A stretch of 64,000 bases of DNA. Origin: Octopus bimaculoides. Lineage: Eukaryota. The stretch is taken from assembly GCF_001194135.2 (NCBI RefSeq), contig NC_068990.1, forward strand, positions 41,399,454 through 41,463,453, given 5' to 3'. Every line of letters starts with the position of its first letter. Positions within the stretch are counted from its first letter, which is position 1. The position numbers were made by a program, and so were the translations under genes. Below the pieces are notes generated by a model. It searched no databases and was not told where the DNA came from. It saw only the letters and a list, made by a program, of their open reading frames with translations. This document shows positions 52,073-64,000 of the stretch, one piece after another.

Positions 52073-53061
52073 GGTGGGAGGAGTAAAGGTTTAAATGAAG
52101 GAAGTGACATGAAAGTATTTCTGACCAGGAAATGGACGTACAGACAGATGTGATTGAATATAAATGTAATTTTTTTTCCCTATATTTTTATACTACTTTG
52201 TCCAATAATAGGGGAAGAGGTGTATTCACAACACACCTCCTTTCTCCAATTCATTTTTCTCCTTCTTCATTTAGCTTTCATCACATCCGGGTATTTACCA
52301 GCGGTGAGCTCACTAAATCTTTTGTATAGAGAGATTATCCTATTCTCTTTGTTTTTTTTTTAATTTTTTACATTACTTCTAATATTCTTCATTTAATTAT
52401 TCTTTATTAATTAATTGTGATAGGAAAATGGAATGAACGTCACTTCATCCATGTTTCCGCCTCTTTAAAGTTTTAGGCATCGGACATATTGTTAAGATGC
52501 AAAGATTAAGAAAAAAATAAATAAATGATGACAGGACTGTCACGTCGAGCTGCAAGTAGTTCGAATTCGCCCTCGGATTTTTATATTTTCCCTCTCCAGT
52601 TTCATTTTAAACTACTTTTGCTACCTTTTTTTTTTTACTCCTCTTTATTTTCGGCGATCGTATCTCCAATATCGTATTAATTTTTCCAGGGTGGATGAAA
52701 TAAATACCAATCATGTTTTGCAGTCATGTAATGGCCAAATGGTCAAGAAGTTCGCTTCCGAACTGTAATTTGGAGGGAAGATAATTTTCTACATCATCAG
52801 CCGACTCATATATTCTGAGTAAAATTGGGTAGCCGGAATTGTATATAAGGCACAGCCTTGTCACGCATTGTGCCATCCAAATTAAAGTTATTTGTGACTG
52901 TGGAATACTCAGCTCCTAACAGGCTAATAACAAGAGTAGGTAATTCAGTTTCATTGAACAACTAAATCCTCCTCAGAGAAATTGAAGGAGATTCATCCAT
53001 CCAGCCATCCAGACATTCAGCCATCTAGATAGTGGGTGTCAATTTGATTGGCAAAACAATC

Positions 53062-53200
53062 CCTGGTAAGAAGTTTGTTTCCCTACCACGTGGCTCTGGA
53101 TTCAATCCCACTGCATGACACCTTAGGCAAGTATCTTCTACCATACCGTCTGGTCGACAAAAGCCTTGTAAGTGGATTTGGTAGACTGAAAGAAACGAAT
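53062..53200 (+). mobile_element. SINE family A 5' half, diverged
   Basis: gattcaatcccactgcatgacaccttaggcaagtatcttctac...agtggatttggtagactgaaagaa. Confidence 0.75.
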
Positions 53201-53269
53201 CGTTCATATATATATATATATATATATATGCATATGTATGTATGTATGTATTATATGCTCAACGGGCAT

Positions 53270-53350
53270 TTATTTTTTAGCCCCGAAATGGACGAAAGAT
53301 AAAGTTGACCTCTGCGGAATTTCAACTCAGAACGTAACAGACGGACGAAA
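53270..53350 (-). mobile_element. SINE family C fragment
   Basis: aaagttgacctctgcggaatttcaactcagaacgtaac. Confidence 0.7.
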
Positions 53351-54532
53351 CCATCTTGCTGCTTACCACTGGACCAAACTTGACGAAACTTTGTATACAT
53401 GTTAAGCTAACATCCAGTTGAACTATAGACTAATTGGATTTTAACAGACATCTATAATGGGCCCCCTAGACGGCTTGGGATGTTACTTGATAAACTGAGA
53501 AGAGTGCAAGAGTGTTAATGTGAGGAAAATGTGGTGGCATAGTAAGTGTGGCTGATATCAGGGAAGGGAAACAAAGTTATGTAAACGACACATATAGAGT
53601 GGCAGTGGGTTGATAACGTTAATACAACTGTCATTCACGGGTATACACTCGACACTGCATTCATACTTTCGTAAATACATAGATACATGCATACACACAC
53701 ACACATACGTACATGAATATACATATATACATATATACGTATATCTACTATGCACTATGTTAAACTGGTGGTTACCTGTGTACTTTTGTAAATGTATGTG
53801 TGTGTCACGGCTTATAACTGTCTGTCTCTCTACTTTTGTAGGGTCTTCTCTGTTGCTGTCATATATCGTGAAATTTTATAACTACGTCAAAATTTTCAAA
53901 TTTAGTATACTGAAATAATGTTTCCAGGTTAAATCCGATTTTGTTATTTATTTGTTCCAGAAAAGTTGCAGAAAAATGTTACTGAGGTTTAAACTTTAAT
54001 CAATTTTACCTAATCAGAAAACAGGATTAGGAAGCTGGTATTTTCTGCATGATAGCTGTCTATCACAAAATGAAAGGAACATCATTACGTGGTGGAATGT
54101 TTATTAAACAAACGAAGGCAACTTATTACGACGACCAAAGTTGTAAGAATTTCTGAAGTTTTAATAAGTTTTAATGAATAAAGTCATGTGAAACGGTCGA
54201 ACAGACACGTAAACAATTTAAAAAGGAAAAAATCCTCGACGAAGTTTCTTTGCGAAATATTACACAAATCTGCCTTGAGCAAGAGGCCTATTTGTTGGAG
54301 AAGGCATGGCCTGACGTGGAATAAACAAAACTTNNNNNNNNNNNNNNNNNNNNNNNNNNNNNNNNNNNNNNNNNNNNNNNNNNNNNNNNNNNNNNNNNNN
54401 NNNNNNNNNNNNNNNNNNNNNNNNNNNNNNNNNNNNNNNNNNNNNNNNNNNNNNNNNNNNNNNNNNNNNNNNNNNNNNNNNNNNNNNNNNNNNNNNNNNN
54501 NNNNNNNNNNNNNNNNNNNNNNNNNNNNNNNN

Positions 54533-54600
<68 letters not shown>

Positions 54601-55199
54601 TATATAAGCATTGTAACATATTGATAGGAACCTGTGATGATGAAACTTCGAGGATAAAGAGTTCGAAATTTTGTTTCTGATTAAATCCTTGCACGCTCTT
54701 ATAAAGCTAAAGTCAGTTTTTGTCATGTTCTCGTGTGAAAACCAAACAACATTCTACAATACTTTTTTAGACAAAGTTATGCTTGGCTACTGTGTTAATA
54801 TGCTGACTAAAAAGTTAACAAAAGAAGCATTAAAGAATGTGTGTCTTTTACGCTGTTATTGCTGTTGTGCATATATGTAGGTCATCTATGATCAAATTTT
54901 CATATCATCAATCAAATGTATTCTAGTCGTGACTAAAAGAGGTTTTAACGCTATTTCCAGCTCAACAACGAAGTCGGTCAAACAACGTCATATGCAGTAT
55001 AAAGTATCCAGGATACACATAGATATATAATATATATGCGTTGATACGCACATTGGTGAATGCATATACACATGCGCCCATACATACACACATACATGCA
55101 TATATACATACATACATAATTACACACACACACACACACATATATATACAGGCATACACACATGTTAATTGTTTCGAGTTGACAGACGATAGCCGTCTC

Positions 55200-55750
55200 A
55201 TTTAATCTATTTCATCCCGATAATCTCCAATGTGCTGTGTGCTCTGAGAGGTCCGTGATTGTGCGCTTCCAGCTGGTTAAGTTTGCACACGTCGGTACTC
55301 CTAGATCGCTACTGGACTTCAATAGAAAGACAAGATGAAGCAGATGGAATGAGACATCTGTACGTCATTGGAATAAAGTAAAATACGCATGTACAATACG
55401 AATGCCATCCTCCGAGTATCAGTAACGGAAATTCAGTGACAAGCGTTATAAGATGACTGGTAGCCGTATCAACTGCAGACCTGGTTATTTTGAATCACCT
55501 TCTTTTAGTCGTTTTCAAACAAACGATAGCTACAAGTACAAAGGGATTTGAAAGAAACGTTTCTACACAATTGGATGGTTGTTAACTCTTATAAGTTCGT
55601 CCTTCTTTTAACGAGTCTTCTTTACTTGTTTTATCTTGCATGGTGCCTAAAATTCACCTTCTTCACCAAGCAGGCTCAGTGGAGTTGCCAGTTTAGTAGC
55701 CGACGACCCGTTTATGAAATAGGGTACATTTGGATGCATGTCATCAGTAG
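55200..55750. repeat. Unclassified ~550-bp dispersed repeat, copy 1
   Basis: Colinear with 60740-61260 (e.g. gacaagatgaagcagatggaatgagacatctgtacgtcattg vs gacaagatgaaccagattgaatgaaacatctgtacgtcattg). Confidence 0.8.
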
Positions 55751-56656
55751 CATGTAATATGTGTGACATTGACCTGACAAGACATATATATATTTAGGAA
55801 GTCTGGTGTGTAGCATTATTCTGTAGTAATGCCCTTATATATATATATAAACGAATAATTATATTCTTGGGAATAGAAATTTCCCTTATGAAATTTTTTA
55901 CACACTAGCTTCCCGATAAAATTCTTGTAAAAGATTTTTATCCTATTTTGAATTTATTAATCAAATATATATGCGGAATATATTCAACGCTGAATTTTAT
56001 TCCGTTTTGGACACGTGTACCGAGAGCAACTCAGAAAGATTCCCGCTTTTTTTTTGCAGAGATGTATATAGATAAACATCATTCCCTTTGCTTTGTCGGA
56101 TACATAAGGTGTTCGTTTTGGTAAGGTGAGGATTTTGTTTATTTATATATATTGATACTATACTATGCTGACGAGCGGAAACTAGATTGCATTCTGGTAA
56201 TCGTTTAATCGGTCGATACATAGTTGAGTTCTTTTTTAAAAAAAGGTTGGTTTCTTTTGAGGGTTGCTTTTCCTCGCATTCGGTACTAAAATGTGTTTAT
56301 TTGGGAAGTCTGGTGTGTGGCATTATTCTGTAGTAATGCCCTTATATANNNNNNNNNNNNNNNNNNNNNNNNNNNNNNNNNNNNNNNNNNNNNNNNNNNN
56401 NNNNNNNNNNNNNNNNNNNNNNNNNNNNNNNNNNNNNNNNNNNNNNNNNNNNNNNNNNNNNNNNNNNNNNNNNNNCCCCCCCCCGCACACACACATATAT
56501 ATATATATGTATATATATGGTTTTTTTTTTGTTAGAAAAACTTAAAAACGAAGTAGAAGCGCTCTCTAAGAAATAGAGCAGTCTATATTTATTACTGGTG
56601 AAGGCCTGTTTTGGCCTTCACCATTAATAACGATCTCTATATATATATGCATACAT

Positions 56657-56832
56657 ATTAATCAGAGTGTACAGTACTATATATCCATTACTGCCGATCT
56701 TACGGATCGGTTTCGCATTAGGGGTTCAACGGACTGTTACTTAACACTCAGTTGAACCCCTAGTGCGAAACCGATCGGTAAGATCGGCAGTAATGGATAT
56801 ATGATAATGTAGACATGTACACTTCGATTAAT
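56657..56832. mobile_element. Palindromic MITE-like foldback
   Basis: 52-bp arms 56679-56730 and 56751-56802 with 2 mismatches and a 20-nt loop; weaker outer pairing to attaatc/gattaat. Confidence 0.8.
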
Positions 56833-56890
56833 ATACTCACTCTACTGACAAATATACGAGTGCATTTTTTTTCTGATTTATGGATCCTTA

Positions 56891-57275
56891 GGCGGTGAGT
56901 GGCTGTGTGGTAAGTTGCTTGCTTACCAATAACATGGTTCTGGGTTCAGTCTCACTACATGGCATCTTGGGCAAGTGTCTTCTACTATAGCCTCGGGCCG
57001 ACCAAAGCCTTGTGAGTGGATTTGGTAGACAGAAGCTGAAAGAAGCCCGTCGTATATATATGTATATGTTTGTGTGTCTGCGTTTGTCCCCACCCCTCTA
57101 CCATCGCTAAACAACCGACGTTGGTGTGTTTGGAGCCCCGAAACTTAACTGTCTAGCAAAGGAGATTGATAGAATAGGCACTAGGCTTAGAAAGAATAAG
57201 TCCCGGGTGTCGAGTTGTTCGACTAAAGGCGGTGCTCCAGCATGGCCACAGCCAAAATGACTGAAACAAAAACAA
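56891..57275 (+). mobile_element. SINE family A, full length
   Basis: Complete head-to-tail match. Confidence 0.92.
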
Positions 57276-58461
57276 ATTATATGAAAAATATCAGTCACTG
57301 ATTGTGAATGAAGAGAGAGCTAGCTAGCGAGATGTAAATAGATATATTGATAGATAGACGGATAGATAGATAGATAGATAGATAGATGTGAACATATATC
57401 CCCATCACTNNNNNNNNNNNNNNNNNNNNNNNNNNNNNNNNNNNNNNNNNNNNNNNNNNNNNNNNNNNNNNNNNNNNNNNNNNNNNNNNNNNNNNNNNNN
57501 NNNNNNNNNNNNNNNNNNNNNNNNNNNNNNNNNNNNNNNNNNNATATATATATATATATATATAATTTGTATTATATATATATTACATAACACTATCCGT
57601 ATCACGTCCTCACGTTGTTGTTTTTTGTTATTGTTTCTTGTCTTTTTTTGAACTTATATATATATATATAATACAAATAATAAATGAGTATATGCATATA
57701 TACGTACATGTATGTACATACATACATCTACCTGTATATATAAATGCATATCTGGGTACAGGACATTGCAAAAAAAACGTAGGCAAAATGATAAACAAAG
57801 TACAGAAAAACAGACCACATAGAGAACATTTCTTTCATCAGCTGCCACCATTCTAATACTCGCGTTTCGAAGAGTTAGGGCAGGACGCATCGTTAAAATG
57901 GCTCGCGGGGGATGGGTGTAAGTATGTATGTAATGTACGTATGTATTCTCTTGTTTTGTTTATTTTCCATTAGCTTCCATCACTCGACTACCGCTATGCT
58001 AAGATGTTAATTATCAACATTATGCTGCCATGAAGACGTAGCCTTCGCTAAACTCCATAGGAAATAAGATTTTATGACGTGTTTCATTGATAAAACCGAA
58101 AGTATAAGAGATTGCGCTAGAAAATTAACGATTTTAAGAAACGACCCTCGGAACATCTGTGGATGAGTATAACTCCGAAGTGCTTCATTTCAAGAATGGA
58201 GACAAAGTCGGATTCAACAATTTCTGCTTTTCTCTGTCTATCTATAGATTGTACATACAGTTACTGCATACACACATGCGCGCACGCAGACACACACTTA
58301 CGTAATACATATTATATACAAGATGGAATCAACGGTACTCAAAACGTTATGAGAAAAAACACTGTTCATACTCCGTACTCTATATATGTGATATAACTAT
58401 TCTACACTATATTGAGTCTTGCTTCATGGTGATGACTATTCCTACGCATATGTATATATGC

Positions 58462-58517
<56 letters not shown>

Positions 58518-58530
58518 NNNNNNNNNNTGC

Positions 58531-58575
<45 letters not shown>

Positions 58576-58611
58576 GTATATATATATATATATATAAATA
58601 TGTATGTACGT

Positions 58612-58654
<43 letters not shown>

Positions 58655-59509
58655 CGCATACATAAATATTTAATATACTGGCCAGACAATCATGACCCTG
58701 TTTCAAAATGTCTGACCACGCTCAAGCAAGACACAGCTAGAGCCAAAAGATCATCCTTTTTAGACTTCCGCATAACGAATCAAAATAAAAACGAGATAGA
58801 AAATATTTTGGTCAAAATACTGGAAGAAACATTGAAATTAACGACAGAGAAGGAAATATAGCGGAATCCCTTCTTATTTATACACAAAAGCTTCAAAAAA
58901 CTAATAATTACTTCTGCTACGAGTCTATAGCGTTATTCAATAAATCCATTTACACATCATATATGCACAAAAGCTCAAATAATACATCCAATAAATAAAA
59001 TATATCAAAATTTTAATAACCTATAGAAATAAGCAAATTTAATTAATCAGCAACGATAAGACATTAGAAATATTCAATAAGTCCATTTAAAACATACATG
59101 CACAAAATAAGAAACAAAGAAAAAAAAGGAAAAAAATCTACTGGATAATAAATAATGTATAGAAAAATTAATTTAAAAAAATCAATTCTAGCAAAGTGCA
59201 GAAATAACTAGATTAATTAAAATATATAAATAAATATATAAATAAACACAAATTAAAAAAAATTATATATATACACACACAAATAAGTAATTAGATAAAT
59301 AAAAGCAGCATCCTCTCCATCTGTTTAAGTTATAATCACATCTCATAATATTACAACAATCATTTCCAAATTCAAACTACACTTTGTTTCGACAGTTCAA
59401 CTCAAGTTAGAAAGAAAATTCCTTAAAAACACCACATCAATAGGTTTATTTCTATGTTTACTAAGCTTAAATTCATCTCTGAAGATGATTACATGTGTGA
59501 CCGAAACTC

Positions 59510-59593
<84 letters not shown>

Positions 59594-60293
59594 CACACAC
59601 ACACGTATATTTCTCGTAATATGTGAGCAAATTAATAGCTTAATATTAATTCGGTTATTCTTACTCGATCATATCGACCCAACCTGCTACAAATTTTATC
59701 CTTATTTAGCTAAATCTCTAGCGTTTTTGACAAAACACCAGTTTTTCTTTCTAGCTTTGTCTAGAGTAAAAGATAGGACACTTGGCCTTTGCAAGCCTTC
59801 TGCAATTTAGATCAACATACACGTGATAAAAAATATACACAGGCGCCCAGACACAGACACACACGCTCATAAACACCCAAACACACGCGCTCATGCACGT
59901 ACAAAAACCGGTTTAGTCTCAGAAATTATTACATATCTACCCAATAACTATATTAATGACGTAAATACGATACGGAAATATATAATAGGGTCAATGCGAT
60001 GGACTAAAAGACTTAGAAGACAGAGCTTCCTGTAGTTAAACAGAAGGAAAGATTAAAGAATGCTTCAGTCACACATGTGACTTCAGAGTTGAAATATATC
60101 TACAAAAGCGGAGTTTTTAAGAATTTTGTTTTGATACTTGTAATAGAAATGTCGAGAATGAAATGCTAGTGTGTATATACACACACATACACATAAGCAT
60201 ATCCCCACCTCATATTCATATATATATATAAAGAAAGAAAGAAAAAGATAAAGAGACCAATGGCAAAGTTAGAATTATATTTTATGTATAAAA

Positions 60294-60340
60294 TCTTACA
60301 GCTGTTTCAGGGAAAATCCAATGTATCACTTCATCGGAGA
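60294..60340 (-). ncRNA. Minimal hammerhead ribozyme motif, mirror copy with a stem II mismatch
   Basis: TCT-CCGATGA-AGTGA...TCCCT-GAAAC-AGCT-GTA-AGA on the minus strand. Confidence 0.55.
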
Positions 60341-60423
60341 CGGTAATAGTAGAAGTATGGATTATTACATCTATAAGAGGATATTTGTAGTAAGAAGTGA
60401 GAGTCATTCTTCTACTATTACCG

Positions 60424-60470
60424 TCTCCGATGAAGGGATACATTGGATTTTCCCTGAAACAGCTGTAAGA
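60424..60470 (+). ncRNA. Minimal type-I hammerhead ribozyme motif
   Basis: Stem I TCT/AGA, core CCGATGA, stem II AGGGA/TCCCT, GAAAC, palindromic ACAGCTGT stem III, GTA triplet at 60465-60467. Confidence 0.65.
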
Positions 60471-60739
60471 ATTTATACATAAAATATAATTCTAAATTTG
60501 CCATTGGTCTCTTTATCTTTTTCTTTCTTTATACATACACACGCTAATACACGACCTATGTTATATTCCCCACTCATGTTGCTACAACGACAGGTGCATA
60601 ACTAGTCGGTATACAGCACTTACTCGGTATTGCCTGTATCTTTAGGGTTTGGTTGATTCCAATACCCTTCATAACCTTTATTATATATATATGTATATAT
60701 ATACATATATATGATTGCTTCATCTTGATAGAGGATAGC

Positions 60740-61260
60740 CATCTCAATCAATTTACACAATCCCAGTAATCCCCATTGTATCTGTGTGCTCTGAGATGAC
60801 TTGTCGCCATCCATCCATCACCACTGCACTTTGATTGAGAGACAAGATGAACCAGATTGAATGAAACATCTGTACGTCATTGAATTCAAGTGACATATGC
60901 TTGTACAACACGAACCCCACTCTCTATGTAGCAATAACCGGAATCCAGTAACAAGCATTGCAAGATGACTGGAAGTTATATGAAATGCAAGTTTGATTTC
61001 AGAATAACCTCTTTTAGACGTTTCTCACCAATGAATGCCTACAAGTCATCAAGAATTTGAAAGAAGGATATTTGTACACAGCTGGATGGCTGCTGAATCT
61101 CATGAGTTCAGCCTTCCTGTAAAGGGTTTTGTCTTTTTATCCCGATCCCACAAGGTGTCCAAAATTCACCTTCAGCAAGCTTGGTGGGGTTGCCATCTTA
61201 GTCCTCAACAACCCATCTATGCAATAGGTCGCACTGGCTAGTACGTTACCAGTTGCCATC
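60740..61260. repeat. Unclassified ~550-bp dispersed repeat, copy 2
   Basis: Direct-orientation diverged copy of 55200-55750. Confidence 0.8.
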
Positions 61261-61287
61261 AAATGTGACTTGGCACTATATATATAT

Positions 61288-61455
61288 GACGCAAGAGTGG
61301 CTGTATGGTAAGTAGCTTGCTTACCAACCACATGGTTCCTGGTTCAGTCCCACTGCGTGGCACCTTTGGCAAGTGTCTTCTACTAAGCCACGGGCCGACC
61401 GAAGCCTTGTGAGTGGATTTGGTAGACGGAAGCTGAAAGAAGCCCGTTGTATATA

Positions 61456-61487
<32 letters not shown>

Positions 61488-61702
61488 AGTGTGTGCGTTT
61501 GTGTGTCTGTGTTTGTCCTCCCACCATCGCTTGACAACCGATGCTGGTGTGTTTATGTCCCCGTACCTTAGCGGCTCAGCAGAAATGACCATTAGAATAA
61601 GTACTAGTCTTACAAAGAATAAGTCTTGGGGTCAATTTTTTCGACTAAAGGCGGTGCTCCAGCATGGCCGAAGTCAAATGATTGAAACAAATAAAAGAAT
61701 TA

Positions 61703-61705
<3 letters not shown>
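61288..61705 (+). mobile_element. SINE family A, full length with internal (TG)n
   Basis: Complete head-to-tail match. Confidence 0.93.
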
Positions 61706-61749
<44 letters not shown>

Positions 61750-61750
<1 letters not shown>

Positions 61751-62185
61751 GAGGAGTTATCCGAAAGTATCCGAAAACGTTCTCCGTGGGACAAGCCCGT
61801 TGTAGTTCAGGCTTCTGCCTCTAGAAGCCACTTGATGCGACCCTTAAACATCAGTCTGCTGACCGGTGTCGTCCGGTTTAGTCGTACTGCCATGTTGTGT
61901 GTATTTGTTTTGTAATGCTTCTCTCCTGTTTGTCGATTTTTGCGATTGCTGAAACGAAGGAACAGCGTGCCTACATGAAATTCTGTTTTCTGTTGGGGAA
62001 AATGGTAGCCGAAACAGTTTCCATGCTTTAAACAGCTTACAAGGACGCTGCCAAGAGCAAAACACAAGTCTACGAGTAGTTTTCCACGCTTTAGGAATGG
62101 TCACTTGTCGCTTGAAGAACAAACTCGTTCAGGACGACCATCGACCTCTCGAATGAAAACATCATGAAAATTCATGAACTGTTGC
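61750..62185 (+). pseudogene. Mariner 5' remnant (TIR-like end plus transposase N-terminus)
   Basis: From 61951: ETKEQRAYMKFCFLLGKMVAETVSML*TAYKDAAKSKTQVYE*F-RFRNGHLSLEEQTRSGRPSTS-ENIMKIHEL, the mariner HTH region ending in RSGRP. Confidence 0.9.
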
Positions 62186-62545
62186 TATGTCTTTGTATTG
62201 TTTAGACCACAATATTTCACTCTCCATATTACGGCGAATCCAAGACAACAGTAGAACATATTTGCCGTGGCTGAGTAACGAAATTCTTCACCACACTGCA
62301 ATGCTGGCACCCGATTTTTTTTATGTAAACATATAGAGAAGCTGAAACTTATTACCTAAAGATGCCAACACATACACATATACACATACACACACGCACA
62401 CACATATATACATACACACATACACACACAAAAATTGACTCTCTTTCTCTCTCTTTCTTTCCTTCTCACCACCTGTCTTGCTCCCTTCTTCCTTTTCCTT
62501 CCTCCTCTCTTTGACTGCTTTTCTCTTATTCTCTCTTCTCTCGCT

Positions 62546-62589
<44 letters not shown>

Positions 62590-63659
62590 TCATCTCTCAT
62601 CCTCACTCCTCTTCTTTCTGCGCGCGCGCGCGCGTATATATATGATGAAAACTATATACTTATAGAATTAGAATTAGAATCGACTTACAGGATGCTAGAA
62701 CGCTACGACCTAATTCTAATTCCCTAAAACTATATATTTATATATATTTTATACTGTGAAACTTAATTTAATTTTAATTTTTAATAAATTGATTTTANNN
62801 NNNNNNNNNNNNNNNNNNNNNNNNNNNNNNNNNNNNNNNNNNNNNNNNNNNNNNNNNNNNNNNNNNNNNNNNNNNNNNNNNNNNNNNNNNNNNNNNNNNN
62901 NNNNNNNNNNNNNNNNNNNNNNNNNNNNNNNNNNNNNNNNNNNNNNNNNNNNNNNNNNNNNNNNNNNNNNNNNNNNNNNNNNNNNNNNNNNNNNNNNNNN
63001 NNNNNNNNNNNNNNNNNNNNNNNNNNNNNNNNNNNNNNNNNNNNNNNNNNNNNNNNNNNNNNNNNNNNNNNNNNNNNNNNNNNNNNNNNNNNNNNNNNNN
63101 NNNNNNNNNNNATATATATATAATTTATACATACATATATACCTACATACATACATACATGCATACATACAGACAGACTGACAGACAGACATTCATCTCA
63201 TTACTTTCTACAGTTGTTTTCGATCCCTCATTGTTTCTACACTCACTTCTTCCTTATTTCAATCAATCCATCTATTTGCATAATAACCCCGCGTCTCCTT
63301 CTCTTCCTTTCTATCTCTCCCCCTTCTCATCTTTCTTTCTGTGTGTGTGTCTAGATATATCGTATGAACTGGGGACCACGGCTTTTCTGTATTATCCTTC
63401 TTACAGCATCCCAAGATCTCTCACAAACACTCCAATAAGCATCTCTCGTGAATCTGTTCTACCGTCTTGGAGTGATTTGGATAATCAGTGACACGGAAGT
63501 GACCCCCAACGTGGAGTATATGTTTGGGATGTGTGTGTGTGTATGTGTATGTGTGTGTTTGTGTGTGGTGGGGAGGAGGAAGAGGTGAGGTCGTAGCGTT
63601 CTAGTATCCTGTAAGTCGATTCTAATTCTACTTTGTGTCTTTGTTAACATACACAATTA

Positions 63660-64000
63660 CCATCATCGCTATCACAACCTACTCCATCACCACTGCCTCC
63701 ACACTTCACTACAACCCTCCCAATCATCACCACCACCACCACCACCACCACCACCACCACAACCACGGCAATCAGAATTAACAGCACCATTACCACAACC
63801 ACCACTACCATCGGCATCACGATCATCACGACTGCCACCACTGTCAGCGCCACCGCCATTGCAATCATATACTTCATAACATTTATCCCCACCATCACCA
63901 CCACCACCACACTACCATAACAATCATGATCGTGATCACCATGATCGTCGTCGTCGTCGTCGTCGTCATCATCATCATTATCATCGTCATCGTCATCGTC
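63660..64000. repeat. Compound (CAC/CAT/CGT)n trinucleotide tract
   Basis: Direct inspection. Confidence 0.9.

Larger units (their letters stand above)
60234..60530. repeat. Near-perfect palindrome: 122-bp arms, 53-bp spacer
   Basis: 60234-60355 vs reverse complement of 60409-60530 with 3 mismatches. Confidence 0.95.

Noticed and set aside
7305-63192. ORFs spanning N runs and HT/CV/YI/YLSI dipeptide-repeat ORFs
   Set aside because: Artefacts of assembly gaps and di- or tetranucleotide microsatellites.
63355-63491. Possible terminal exon DISYELGTTAFLYYPS...
   Set aside because: No homology recognised and no upstream exon support; acceptor follows a microsatellite.

Overview
AT-rich, gap-ridden animal genomic DNA dominated by microsatellites and transposable elements. 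The repeat landscape looks like an octopod cephalopod (Octopus); this is inferred from recalled SINE families, not from a search. I find no confidently supported host protein-coding exon, rRNA or functional tRNA. Almost all ORFs in the supplied track come from microsatellites, N gaps or SINEs. Supported content: (1) three tRNA-derived SINE families, labelled A, B and C here, with about 30 copies, some with target-site duplications (TSDs); (2) three decayed Penelope-like (GIY-YIG) retroelement remnants at about 31.3-32.1, 33.8-34.2 and 47.5-48.2 kb; (3) two mariner remnants, a hAT MITE with a perfect 8-bp TSD, and several foldback or long-terminal-inverted-repeat (TIR) elements. The most interesting signals are a near-perfect 297-bp palindrome at 60.23-60.53 kb carrying a minimal hammerhead-ribozyme motif on each strand, further minimal hammerhead-like motifs, a tRNA-like Pol III cassette directly behind a Penelope ORF, a dimeric SINE inside one 16-bp TSD, and a long-TIR element enclosing a promoter-like patch and an unidentified 95-aa ORF.
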